Shown in pieces: positions 40,579 through 50,710 of a DNA stretch of 64,000 nucleotides. Each line of letters opens with the position of its first letter. Within the stretch, counting starts at the first letter, position 1. Below the pieces are notes generated by a model. That model was not told where the DNA came from and searched no databases. It worked only from the letters and a program-made list of their open reading frames with translations. The DNA lies in IMG/VR virus record IMGVR_UViG_2880074916_000002, positions 3,610 to 67,609 of that record; one strand, given 5' to 3'. The translations under genes and the position numbers were made by a program. The DNA comes from a virus (lineage: Duplodnaviria; Caudoviricetes).

Positions 40579-42870
40579 TTATAATGATAGATTATCATTT
40601 AAACGAGAAGTTTCAATCCCTTGCATTCCAGTACCACCTTGTTTAGGTACAGGTGGATTCATCGGACTGGTATTCTGTTGCACTTCTGCTAAACCTTCAC
40701 TGCCCAACTGCGCCCCTTCACCTTCCACATACGGTGAACGTACATCACGTGCAGCTGTCTGATCAGCCACAGGGAAATTCGGATCATCGCCCATTGGATT
40801 TGGACGCTGATAACCTGCACCTTTCATAACTTCATCTGCAATCGGTGCGATCTGTGGCATTTGAGCGACTTGCACACCTGCTTGCATCGCAGAATAAGCA
40901 GCTTGAACACCAATCTGCACAGAACGAGCATCAATCTCACGAATCTCACTACCTGCTTTACGCTCTTTAAGCTCAAGTTCACGTAATTTAATATCATTGC
41001 CAGCTTGTGCCAGTGCCTGTTTAACCGCTTCTTGAATCTGTTGTTTAGTTTGTTCAGGTGATTGAGCTTGTGTTGCTTGGCGAATGGCTTCAATAATATC
41101 TTTCTTAAATGGAATATCAGTCAAGGACATCACATAAGGCAATACTGCAGTCTGAATTTCTGCAGGCAATGACTTGGTGATTTCAGACAAGGCATTCAAT
41201 TGTTGCTCACGGAAAGTGGTTGAGCTTGGAACATCATCAAGCACCACTTTCAAGCGTATGCGTTGCACATCATTTGACACATACGGATAACCATGTTCAT
41301 CAACTTCAGGCTTATTAATGACAACGGTACGATCCTCACGAACCGCATCACCTTCAATAATGACGGTCTGCTCACGTGTTCCCATATCTTCTACGATCAT
41401 CGAAAGAAGCATTTCACCCATCAGCGTCCGCGCTTCTCTAAAATTATCCATGATCTTCATTAAAGTTTGATTGGATTGCTCAATCTGCAATTGTTCCTGC
41501 TTGCCTGAAGTTGCATTTCCCTGTTTGCCTTGGAAACCACTGGTGATATTACTCACACGCTCAATAGCAGCACGATTATCATTAATCAATTGGAAATGCT
41601 GTTGTGACAATTCAAAGTCACGCTTCACATCAAAACGCGCACCGGGTTTAGCCATATGATTGGCATTCAAAACAATATCAGCATCAGGACGTGCAACCTG
41701 ACGACGTAATTGTTCATCCGTCATATCAACCGCACCTTTGGTACGTTCAACACGTGTAACACTCATTCCCCAACGTAATTTAGAAATACCAGAGTTAATA
41801 CTGTCTTGGCTGAACTTCATGCGACGCACAAAACCGTATGGAATATTAGTATTGTCTTCTCTTGCACCCCAAAATGGCACATATGGGAAATAATGATGTG
41901 AATAAGGTGTAGGGCCATCATATAAACAATGTGGACCTAACCAATATGAGCGACGTACTTTAGAAATATTGGCTTGCTCAACATAAGCAATGCCTTGATA
42001 GATCGCAATATCATGATTCATATTTGAAGAGTCATACTCAACCACACGACCATCAGCGAATTTTAAGACAGGTACACGCACCCAACGACGGTACCAAAGC
42101 TCAGCAACATTGATTTCTTTTGAAGTCGGGTTATACCAATACTGCTCACTGATCGTATATGAACGTGCATCAAGCCAAGCATTTTGAAGTCCTGTGCTAT
42201 CGCCACCATCCATTACACCATCTTCTTGCCACCATGAACCACCATAACGACCGACGGTTTGAATCAATTCTGCATGTTGTGGAAATGCCTGAACCAATCG
42301 TTTTGGATGAATCCAACGTGTACGACGCAACCAACGCGCATCACTTAGATCATTTTCTGTCGCTTTAAAATCCCAATGAATTTCATTACGGTGGACTTTC
42401 ACACAACGATATGGATATTTAAACGGATCTTGCTCACGCTTAACTTCAACCCAACCAATGCCACAGCCAATTTGAGGACGGAAAGCATCACTACACGCTT
42501 TATCAGCCTTAGATAAACGCTCTGCTTGATTCAATTTAAAGTTTAAAGCGTCTGCTACATCATCACTGCCAGTATCACCATTGGCTTTCACACGCCAATC
42601 TGTACGTGTTTGAAGTTCAAAACCCTCAACAGATTGCAATGCAGGACCAATCATATCCTCGACTGCAGGTGGAATACCGATCTGTTTCATACGATTTAAG
42701 AGGTCTGACTCAAGCTGATTACCGTCTGCATAGTCCATTTCCTTATCAGCTGTATGTCGCCAATAAGGTTGTTCCTCAATTTCATGCATAATTTCGGTCA
42801 ATTCATCGAGCGTTAAAGCATTATCATCAAGATTAGCTTGCTCAATCTCAGCTGTTTCATGATAAAACAT
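40579..42870 (-). CDS. Portal protein (P22-like)
   Basis: Size and position after terL; FPYVPFWG and QSNQTLMKIMDNFR patterns; start MFYHET after AAGGA. Confidence 0.85.
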   Translation of the reverse strand: MFYHETAEIEQANLDDNALTLDELTEIMHEIEEQPYWRHTADKEMDYADGNQLESDLLNRMKQIGIPPAVEDMIGPALQSVEGFELQTRTDWRVKANGDTGSDDVADALNFKLNQAERLSKADKACSDAFRPQIGCGIGWVEVKREQDPFKYPYRCVKVHRNEIHWDFKATENDLSDARWLRRTRWIHPKRLVQAFPQHAELIQTVGRYGGSWWQEDGVMDGGDSTGLQNAWLDARSYTISEQYWYNPTSKEINVAELWYRRWVRVPVLKFADGRVVEYDSSNMNHDIAIYQGIAYVEQANISKVRRSYWLGPHCLYDGPTPYSHHYFPYVPFWGAREDNTNIPYGFVRRMKFSQDSINSGISKLRWGMSVTRVERTKGAVDMTDEQLRRQVARPDADIVLNANHMAKPGARFDVKRDFELSQQHFQLINDNRAAIERVSNITSGFQGKQGNATSGKQEQLQIEQSNQTLMKIMDNFREARTLMGEMLLSMIVEDMGTREQTVIIEGDAVREDRTVVINKPEVDEHGYPYVSNDVQRIRLKVVLDDVPSSTTFREQQLNALSEITKSLPAEIQTAVLPYVMSLTDIPFKKDIIEAIRQATQAQSPEQTKQQIQEAVKQALAQAGNDIKLRELELKERKAGSEIREIDARSVQIGVQAAYSAMQAGVQVAQMPQIAPIADEVMKGAGYQRPNPMGDDPNFPVADQTAARDVRSPYVEGEGAQLGSEGLAEVQQNTSPMNPPVPKQGGTGMQGIETSRLNDNLSL

Positions 42871-42881
42871 ATTCAAAATCC

Positions 42882-44549
42882 TTACATTCGCCAATCTGTT
42901 GGTGGTGCTTCGTTATAGCTAGATCGCTGTTCATGTGCATTTGTACTTGAATTTTCGCTGGTACGACTAGCCGTATAGACGTAATCATCGAGTAAGCCTA
43001 CATCTTTGGCTTGTGCCTATTGTCGAAGTGCATCTGCACCTTCTGAACATCCATTTGATTTGTCAGGCTGATCAATAAACATATTGGCTTGTTGGTTAAA
43101 CTTTTTCTTATAGCCTTCAATGCGTTCAATACCCAATTTGCATCGTTCTTCATCAAACCAAGCATTCTTTAAATGTCGACGAGTCTGTTGAATACCTGTT
43201 GTCAGTAATGTGATACGTGGAATGACCACAAAATTATGACTAGGTAATAATTCTTCCAGCATTTCTAATACTGACTTGTTGTAATCGCCCAATCTTTGGT
43301 GTGCTGCATCGTGCGGTAAATAATGTGTGTGATAGATATAAGGTTTATCTTTAATCAGTTTTACGTAATGGCGTAAATCCTGAAAATGATCTTCTTCATA
43401 ATCAATAAAGCGATCTTGTTGATTCATCATTTGATGAAACCAAATTGCACAACCGTCATGGTTGCCAATATCCCAAAATGTACACGTAGGTACATCTAAA
43501 ACTTCAATTTGAGCAATACCACTACGTTTACGCAACTCAAGCATATCTTTTGCGTAGTAGTTCCCTTCCGTACTTACCTGAAATGCTTCGTCTGGGAATG
43601 ACGGATACTCTTGCCACATTAAAGCTTGATCACCAGATAAATCATTATCACGTGTCGATACATACCAAGCACGTTGATCAGGATCAATTTTGATCTTCTT
43701 GCCTAAGTTTCTGGATACAACAATTTCAATGTGATCAAAAATATTATGGTCTTTTTTAGAAATAATGACTTCAGTTGAGTCAATACGGTACTTCGGTTCT
43801 TCCCACCAACCATAAAAATGTAGTCTAAAGTCTTTAGGTGTAAGCTTTTTACGTGATGCAAAGTTCTTCTGTGCGATCTGAACCTTATCAAAGAAGTCAC
43901 CACCACGACCTTCTGCAGTAGATTCAATGACACAAATACCTGTTGTTGGTACTGCTGGTAATGAACCTGTACGAACTTCTTTAGCTTTACCAGGTGACTG
44001 AGCGCAAATTTTCCCATATTCAGAAATAAGTAAGCGGTGCATCGTTCCACCACGGAAAGACACAGCCACTGAAATTTTCGAACCGTTATGAGCAAATTCC
44101 ATTTCAGTACCATTATTGGTTTTAAGTGGGAAACGCTCCAATATTTCAGATGGTAAGTTATCGTACGCAAATTTAATTTTGTCCGTGAAGATATCACCGA
44201 CAGTTTCAAGGTTTTGTGCAATCACACTACAATGCTGATTGGCATTAAACAAAGCATGATCAAGCCAAAGAATACAAATCAGTGTAGTGAAACCCAACTG
44301 ACGTGCTTTTAAAATAATATTGCGGTACCACAATCGGTTTAAGAATTTCTTCTGGGCATCATTGGGTTTAAAAGGTAACTCATATGTTGGAGCTTCTTCG
44401 ACTTGACCAAACTCATTTACAAAGTCATCACCCTTAATTTTAATCTTATATAAACAACCACTAAAAATACGCCAAATAGGATCTGCAAGGCAGCGTTCTA
44501 ATTCTTCCTTGTTCGTTGGTAGTGGCTGTAAATTAGTGTTATATATCAA
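42882..44549 (-). pseudogene. terL: Terminase large subunit with premature TAG at 43017-43019
   Basis: LKARQLGFTT, IESTAEG, WDIG and GADALRQ motifs; frame stays open 44 codons past the TAG to TAA at 42882, just before the portal RBS. Confidence 0.8.
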
Positions 44550-44637
44550 TTTTCACCCCATTTTGCACAATATTTATGCATTATTGAAGTGTGTACGTGC
44601 ATAGAATTAAATTGATGGGGGTGTTTAGTCGCTCTAT

Positions 44638-45303
44638 TCACGTAGATGCTCCATATTCAGGATCATCCGCAATTGGTTTGAATGCAGAGCTATTACCTGT
44701 ACTAATTCTTTCGAGTAAAGAAGTTAATGCATCAACAGGTTTATTGTTCTCATCATCAAGTCCAAACGCCTGACGTTCTAATCCGATTAGAGTTTTGAGT
44801 GTGTCACTAAGTTTTTTCATTGAATCAACACGACCAGGCATAGAAATGATCTTTTGATAAATGTCATTTAATTTATCTATGCCTCTATCATCTGGTTTGT
44901 ACATCAGATCACCAAGACGAATCAGCAAATCAACTTGATCTTCACCAACCATCTGCTCCAACTCATCAAAAAGACTCATTGCAATCTTGCGTGAACGTTG
45001 AATATCCTTTCTTTGAGATAAGCGAACACCTGCAGTTAGGTTTGCATTTGCGTCGATGGTTTCTTTTTCTGAAATATGGTTTGCAGTGCGAACTTCAGCG
45101 CGAACCTGTTCCTTGCGAACCAAGTCATCTGCTTTTGCTTTGATTTTTGCTGATAGATCTCGAACCCAATCGTCACGCTTTGCACGTTTTCTGATTGCTG
45201 TGTCTGATACACCTTGCTCAGAAGCAATTTCACGAAGTGACTTTACGCCTGCACGATATTCAAGCTCGATCTTTTCCCAATCAATTACTTTCTTTTCAGT
45301 CAT
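44638..45303 (-). CDS. terS: Terminase small subunit
   Basis: N-terminal HTH (IDWEKIELEYRAG..SLREIA...IRKRAKRDDW); upstream of terL. Confidence 0.75.
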   Translation of the reverse strand: MTEKKVIDWEKIELEYRAGVKSLREIASEQGVSDTAIRKRAKRDDWVRDLSAKIKAKADDLVRKEQVRAEVRTANHISEKETIDANANLTAGVRLSQRKDIQRSRKIAMSLFDELEQMVGEDQVDLLIRLGDLMYKPDDRGIDKLNDIYQKIISMPGRVDSMKKLSDTLKTLIGLERQAFGLDDENNKPVDALTSLLERISTGNSSAFKPIADDPEYGAST

Positions 45304-45356
45304 ATCACCCAACCTTCTTGATATGACATAATTGAATAAAATAGTTGTACTCGTCT

Positions 45357-45369
45357 AACCTTACAGGGG
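45357..45369 (-). promoter_or_regulatory. Recurring late motif, copy before terS
   Basis: Plus strand AACCTTACAGGGG. Confidence 0.6.
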
Positions 45370-45379
45370 AAAACCAGCA

Positions 45380-46360
45380 ATGGAAAATTCACTAGTTATA
45401 AAAAACTTACAATATTTCATTGGCTCAAGAACAGAAAATGGGAAGTATTCAGTTTTTTCTCCAAGTATGAATACTGAACAATTCAAAAAATATTGCATTG
45501 AAAACTTAGGATTAGATACTCAGTCTAAAGATAACTCCAATCGTATATTGTTAAATATTCACAGTCTTTTAGAGGGTTTCACAAAAAGCATTGTCGATAC
45601 AATTCGTTTAGAAAATCAAAATTTGTTTAATAAATTATTAGACCATGATCTAAAAGGTGTGCTACGAAGTTTTGCCCAAGACTACAGACGAATTAAAAAT
45701 GGTGATATAGATTATAACTATGGATTGCGTTTAGAAATAAATAAACTTATTGAACATCATTTACCTATTTTTTTAACAACATCTTTATATAAATGGGAAA
45801 TTCCTGGTAGTAGTGGCCGCAACCATGAGAATGTTTTAAAAATCGTTGAATTAAAAAATAAATTTTCACTTTTAATCAATATTTTATGTATGTCCATCAT
45901 GATAGAGTTCAAAGTCTCAAAAAATTATTTTAAAGATGATGTCATTATTCAAGAAAATATTAATCAAATTAAAAATCACCTAAATAAAGTATTTTTAGAG
46001 CCTTCTAGAAGTAATAGTTTTGATCAATTTTATGCTTACTGTCTTTTCAAGAATCCAACCTTATTGCAAAAGTTTTTAAAAATCCAGAAACAATCAATAA
46101 ATCTTTATGATTGTCAAAGGGCTTTAAATACAGTTACTCAATATACAGTAAAATGTAACGGACAATACATGGATGAAACTGAAGATACCGTACGTATAAT
46201 TAATGATTCTAAAAATACTTTTGATCAAGTTCTAGATTTAATGGGAATTATTAATATGGTTGAGTTTATGTATGACGAACTTAAGGAAAGTTGTAATACA
46301 GATAATGAGCTAAATGATCAGAACTTACTTACAGAATTTGAAATATTTTTTAATAAATAA
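45380..46360 (+). CDS. Moron-like hypothetical protein, 326 aa
   Basis: Very AT-rich, opposite orientation; no motif recognised. Confidence 0.7.
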   Translation: MENSLVIKNLQYFIGSRTENGKYSVFSPSMNTEQFKKYCIENLGLDTQSKDNSNRILLNIHSLLEGFTKSIVDTIRLENQNLFNKLLDHDLKGVLRSFAQDYRRIKNGDIDYNYGLRLEINKLIEHHLPIFLTTSLYKWEIPGSSGRNHENVLKIVELKNKFSLLINILCMSIMIEFKVSKNYFKDDVIIQENINQIKNHLNKVFLEPSRSNSFDQFYAYCLFKNPTLLQKFLKIQKQSINLYDCQRALNTVTQYTVKCNGQYMDETEDTVRIINDSKNTFDQVLDLMGIINMVEFMYDELKESCNTDNELNDQNLLTEFEIFFNK

Positions 46361-46395
46361 AACCACCTTTCGATGGCTTATTAATTAACTTCACC

Positions 46396-46430
46396 CCCAT
46401 AACATCGATTGGATGTTATGGGTTATTTTT
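46396..46430 (+). terminator. Terminator between convergent morons
   Basis: CCCATAACATC-GATTG-GATGTTATGGG then TTATTTTT. Confidence 0.65.
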
Positions 46431-46519
46431 AATCTTGGAAATTAAACTGCTGACCATTAAATAACGTAATATTGTGACAATAAATATCAATGATTGGTAC
46501 ACCCGAATTATATTTTAAG

Positions 46520-47431
46520 TTATCCCAATCCATAATATTTTGAAATTGCTTCAGCCAACAATGTCCCAGCAACAGCAATACCAACATCCCATGATCCATT
46601 TGCAGCTTTACCAATCATACTACCAATCCAGCTGCTAACATTACTGCCTAATTTATTTGGTTCACATGGTGCAGGATCTGATTCAATAGCCTCTTGTAAT
46701 GCCTGTATATCTGAAAATTCAACCTTATTCTGCATTAAATGCTTAGCTAATGAGTCGAAGTCTTTAGGTTGAATATTCATCTGATTATTTTGATTAATGG
46801 TCCCACCAGTAACATTACCAGCCACACCTTGCATATTTTTAATATTAAAATTCGTTACAGTCATTGCAGCCACCTTTTCCTTTTCTTTTTCTGAAAATTT
46901 TAACCCTTTACCTAGAATTCCTTCTTCCTCCAACTTCAAAGACCAATTCAAAATAATATTTCTGACCTTTGTCTGAATAGCCATTAATTGGGAAACATCA
47001 ATAATTAATTTTGGCATCATTGGTGAACCGACATAATCTGTCTGCATTTGCATCAAAAGATGCCGCATTTCTGAAGTTAAAGTGTAGAGTATCTTTCCAT
47101 TATCTGCGTTTACAAGATTACAAATCTCGCCAATTGGTTGTATAACTTCAATATTTGTAACTATTTCATCTAATTCAGGCGGGAGAATAAAAGGTATCAA
47201 TCCTCTGACAGGGTTATGTGCTTTAAGTTCACCCCTTATTTTTCTGTATGGAGGTATTTCCTGACCACTATAACCTTCAAGTTCAAACTCACACCAGGCT
47301 CTAAACTTCTTAATTTTGAGTTTTCTAGAAACAAGTAATGCCTTATTCAAAAGTTCTTCAACATTGCTATTTGGATCCGTAGCTAATTCCTGTAACTGCA
47401 AAACTATAGATGTTTCACTCAAATTTATCAC
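46520..47431 (-). CDS. AbiTii-domain protein
   Basis: LQELATD....EELLNKALLVSRKL...WCEFELEGY....PPYR is the AbiTii N-terminal signature. Confidence 0.8.
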   Translation of the reverse strand: MINLSETSIVLQLQELATDPNSNVEELLNKALLVSRKLKIKKFRAWCEFELEGYSGQEIPPYRKIRGELKAHNPVRGLIPFILPPELDEIVTNIEVIQPIGEICNLVNADNGKILYTLTSEMRHLLMQMQTDYVGSPMMPKLIIDVSQLMAIQTKVRNIILNWSLKLEEEGILGKGLKFSEKEKEKVAAMTVTNFNIKNMQGVAGNVTGGTINQNNQMNIQPKDFDSLAKHLMQNKVEFSDIQALQEAIESDPAPCEPNKLGSNVSSWIGSMIGKAANGSWDVGIAVAGTLLAEAISKYYGLG

Positions 47432-47495
47432 CTGATAAAAAAATAAGAAAATTTCAGATACTTATAAGCATCCACACCTTAAAAGTCAATATTAT

Positions 47496-47960
47496 TCACA
47501 ACAACTCACCTTGCTTCCCCACATCCAATAAATCCCCTACTTGCTTCGATAATTTACGCACTTGACCCGAAACTTCACTTTGAAGTATTGCCATATGATG
47601 GCCAAACTCAATGTTTGAAAATTGCATAGCCTCTGCGACCATCAGATTACCTAAAAATCGAGCTTCACGCGGAGTGAGTGTTAAAATCTCATCATCCCCA
47701 ATTTCAATTTTTACTGTGCCATCAGGAAGGAGTAGCTTTGAAATTAAACGTGCAGGGCGATGTTTAGGAGTTGGAATAAACACACCACGCTGTACACGTA
47801 TAATCTGACCACTATCGACCAAATAACTTAAACGATCATCAACGATAGATAATTTTAAGCCTGTTAATTGAGATAAAGTTTCTCTCGTAACAATCTGCTC
47901 TTGATTATGTAAATCCTCAATGGCTTCAAGGATTGTTTCAGCGTTAGACTTCATTGTCAT
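47496..47960 (-). CDS. Winged-HTH protein, candidate late regulator
   Basis: TRETLSQLTGLKLSIVDDRLSYLVDSGQIIRVQRGVF wHTH pattern; last early gene before packaging genes. Confidence 0.6.
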   Translation of the reverse strand: MTMKSNAETILEAIEDLHNQEQIVTRETLSQLTGLKLSIVDDRLSYLVDSGQIIRVQRGVFIPTPKHRPARLISKLLLPDGTVKIEIGDDEILTLTPREARFLGNLMVAEAMQFSNIEFGHHMAILQSEVSGQVRKLSKQVGDLLDVGKQGELL

Positions 47961-47977
47961 ACTCCCCTAAATCGTTC

Positions 47978-48367
47978 TTAAATTTCAACTACGTCGATAT
48001 TGTGAATTAACTTCATCAACTTGCGTTTGATGATGTAGTCTGGTGTTTTATGGCCTTTGGCATCTTCACAAACAAAGTGCCCTTCATTGGTCCAATAAAC
48101 AAAATCCGCTACATAATCGGTACCACGTACTTTCACTCCACAAATTTTCTGTGCTGGTATTAGGTTGTATCTCACCTGAGTCTGTAAGTCCTTAATCTCA
48201 CCTGCACGCTGTAAAACTTTTAAATCATTTAAACGACGAAATTCATGTTTTGAATCAGCAACCTTTTCACCATCAACTACAACTTTATGATTCCCATACT
48301 TTGGCTGTTTAGGCTTGTTATCACGTTGGTGTGCAAGTCTTTTAATTTGATGCGGTGATAAATTCAT
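47978..48367 (-). CDS. DUF1064 endonuclease-fold protein
   Basis: KYGNHKVVVDG...DSKHE...YVADFVY...EDAKG...YIIKRKL. Confidence 0.8.
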   Translation of the reverse strand: MNLSPHQIKRLAHQRDNKPKQPKYGNHKVVVDGEKVADSKHEFRRLNDLKVLQRAGEIKDLQTQVRYNLIPAQKICGVKVRGTDYVADFVYWTNEGHFVCEDAKGHKTPDYIIKRKLMKLIHNIDVVEI

Positions 48368-49107
48368 GTACTAACCCTCGCATCATTCCAATTACACTGA
48401 ACAGTAGCTAATCCATCATGCTGCAAACGAGACCAAAGACGATCCCCTAAATCATCTCTTAATTTTTTCTGCGTAAAATTTGAAATCAACATGGTTGGTT
48501 TTTTGCAGTCATAACGTTTTGTTAAAACTTTATGGACGAGTTCAAGACGTTTATCACGATCATGTAATCCATATTCGTCAATAATCAAAAGATCATACTG
48601 AGCAAATTCATAAATCACAGCTTCCTCAGATTGATCCTTGGTGTCCTTGTCCCATGCATTCATGATTCTTTGTGCGATTTCTTCACTGGTGATGTAGCGA
48701 GCATGCAATCCTTTTTTCAGTAAAGTTTTTGCTGTTCCACATGCTAGGTGTGTTTTACCTGTGCCAGTAGATCCAGTCATGATGAAATTGGATTTAGAAC
48801 CATTAATTACACTTTGAGTAAAATCAATACATGCTTGTAATGCTGTTGCTTGCCCTTGAATTTGCACTTTGTAATTTACAAAATCAGATTGTGAATGACG
48901 TTCAGGAATCATTGCACCAAGGCAATGTTTTTCAAAAACCATTTTATCGACATCACGTTGATGATTTTCTTTCGATTTATTTAAATCATCAGATGCGCAT
49001 TTTGGACAAATTTGGTTAGGACCTGCTTGTACCTTGGCGATGTTGTGTTTTAAACAAAATGCGAGAGCGTTAGGTAAACCATTTGAAATCATTGCAATCG
49101 TATTCAT
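48364..49107 (-). CDS. DnaC/IstB-like helicase loader ATPase
   Basis: Walker A GSTGTGKT, Walker B LLIIDEYG, STN-like LISN, RLWSRL. Confidence 0.88.
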   Translation of the reverse strand: MNTIAMISNGLPNALAFCLKHNIAKVQAGPNQICPKCASDDLNKSKENHQRDVDKMVFEKHCLGAMIPERHSQSDFVNYKVQIQGQATALQACIDFTQSVINGSKSNFIMTGSTGTGKTHLACGTAKTLLKKGLHARYITSEEIAQRIMNAWDKDTKDQSEEAVIYEFAQYDLLIIDEYGLHDRDKRLELVHKVLTKRYDCKKPTMLISNFTQKKLRDDLGDRLWSRLQHDGLATVQCNWNDARVST

Positions 49108-50144
49108 CGAAAATCCTCCGGTATAACCACAGTTCCGTTAAATGGTTGTGTTGCTTGTGGTTCATTTTTCCAATCGTCATTGACGTTAAGACCTGTTGCA
49201 GCTTGAGATTTACCTGTTGATTTGGGTGCTGAACGCTTTTGTTTTTCAAGAGATTGATCAAACTTATCAATGAGCCAAACAGCAAATTTCGTCACTTTTT
49301 GATTTTCAGTGAGTGTGGCTTTGTTTTCCCAATGCGCGTTAAAAGACTCAAGGTGAAATTCAAAATCGGGCATTGCTAAGACAGATTCAGCCTGCACCCC
49401 TTTACTTTTTCGTACAGAATTCAACAGGTGATTTTTATCAGGTTTCCAGCTTTGTTCATTTTCGGATTTTTGATTCAGCGGTGGTGTGTGTGTGTTATTA
49501 ATATCTATATCCGTTACCTGTCCGTTATGTTCTGTTCCCTTATGTCCATTTTCCAATGGAATTCCTGCGGAACGTGTTTGGAATTCCTGTGGAACGACTT
49601 CGGAATTCTCTTGGAACGTGGTTGGAACAGCTTTGGAAATAGATTTGCTTTCTAATTCAGTAGCTTGGGAATTCTTTACCCATGACTCAGGCATTCCAGC
49701 ATTAATCCATGTTTCAAAGTTCGGAATAGAAACCTGTTCTTGTTCAGCTAACTTCATGTTTGCCTTACGTAAACGCTCAGCAAATTTCTTATAGTTATAG
49801 TCTTGTTTGCTATTCCAACTCTCCATTGCCTTTTCACAAATAACAGGATGGTAATAACGACCATCACTACACAGAACCCATCCATGTAGTGCTTCTTCTT
49901 TATATTTTTTCCACTCTTTTACAACTCGACCAAAACCCGCAAGGTTAGACAAAATTCTATCGTCATCTGGCAAACTGCCCGCAGGAACCTGATGCCAAGA
50001 TGCACTCATTAATAAAATTCCTGCACGAAATGACTCAGCATTTACCAAAGCAGCAAAATCACTATCTCGCAAACGAACAACATCCAGTGGCATAAACTCA
50101 AAATTTCTGAGGTCGATATTATTTGGAATTAATGGTTCTTTCAT
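49104..50144 (-). CDS. Replication initiator (DUF1376/YdaU N-terminus)
   Basis: FMPLDVVRL...SWHQVPAGSLPDDD; contains iteron block; upstream of DnaC-like gene. Confidence 0.8.
   Translation of the reverse strand: MKEPLIPNNIDLRNFEFMPLDVVRLRDSDFAALVNAESFRAGILLMSASWHQVPAGSLPDDDRILSNLAGFGRVVKEWKKYKEEALHGWVLCSDGRYYHPVICEKAMESWNSKQDYNYKKFAERLRKANMKLAEQEQVSIPNFETWINAGMPESWVKNSQATELESKSISKAVPTTFQENSEVVPQEFQTRSAGIPLENGHKGTEHNGQVTDIDINNTHTPPLNQKSENEQSWKPDKNHLLNSVRKSKGVQAESVLAMPDFEFHLESFNAHWENKATLTENQKVTKFAVWLIDKFDQSLEKQKRSAPKSTGKSQAATGLNVNDDWKNEPQATQPFNGTVVIPEDFR
49551..49674. repeat. Iteron array, probable phage replication origin
   Basis: GGAA at 49558, 49569, 49580, 49591, 49602, 49613, 49624 and 49635 (exact 11-bp phase, 22-bp units). 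Confidence 0.75.
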
Positions 50145-50150
50145 ATCACC

Positions 50151-50456
50151 TCACCACAAATCTTCACTACATAACCCAAGGTGAGAAAACTTCATCTCAC
50201 CAAGGGCTATCAGTTCAACTTGATGTGCATTAAATTCCAACTGACCACATTCAACTGCATGTAAAAATGCCTGTGGACGTGTATAGAACTTCCCTTTTTC
50301 ACAATAGAAACCTTGATGTGCAGATTTCCCCCATTGATTTTGAATATCTGGTACCAAACCAAGTGACAGAATGATATTGATACAATCTGCATGGCGATTA
50401 GGTTTTGGTAGAGCAACCATAAGATCGCCAGCTTTTACAGCAACTCCAATAATCAT
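50151..50456 (-). CDS. Conserved hypothetical phage protein
   Basis: RH...QGF...SEDLW pattern; coupled ORFs. Confidence 0.7.
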   Translation of the reverse strand: MIIGVAVKAGDLMVALPKPNRHADCINIILSLGLVPDIQNQWGKSAHQGFYCEKGKFYTRPQAFLHAVECGQLEFNAHQVELIALGEMKFSHLGLCSEDLW

Positions 50457-50710
50457 GCTGCCACCTTCTTTTCATGACTTGAACGAACCTTATTCACACC
50501 TTTTACATGATGAGGTCTATAAACTCGGTCATAGCAGCCTTTACATGCTGATTCTGGTCGAAATGTAATGGTTCCATCCTTTAACTTTGCTTTGATCATG
50601 AACCAAAACTCTGAATCTGTAGGCCAGTATTCATCACAGTGCTTACAAAGTTTTTCTTTACCTAATTCAGTAAAGATGTACATAGGTTTTTTAGCTTCAT
50701 TTGATTTCAT
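50453..50710 (-). CDS. Hypothetical CxxC protein
   Basis: CKHC...CKGC; ATGA overlaps. Confidence 0.7.
   Translation of the reverse strand: MKSNEAKKPMYIFTELGKEKLCKHCDEYWPTDSEFWFMIKAKLKDGTITFRPESACKGCYDRVYRPHHVKGVNKVRSSHEKKVAA

Noticed and set aside
43017-43019. TAG reassignment or programmed readthrough
   Set aside because: Only one internal TAG seen across about 50 kb of phage coding DNA and no suppressor tRNA; a point mutation is simpler.
49551-49674. Short regular repeats as a CRISPR array
   Set aside because: 11/22-bp period with no unique spacers, inside a coding gene, no cas genes; fits iterons.
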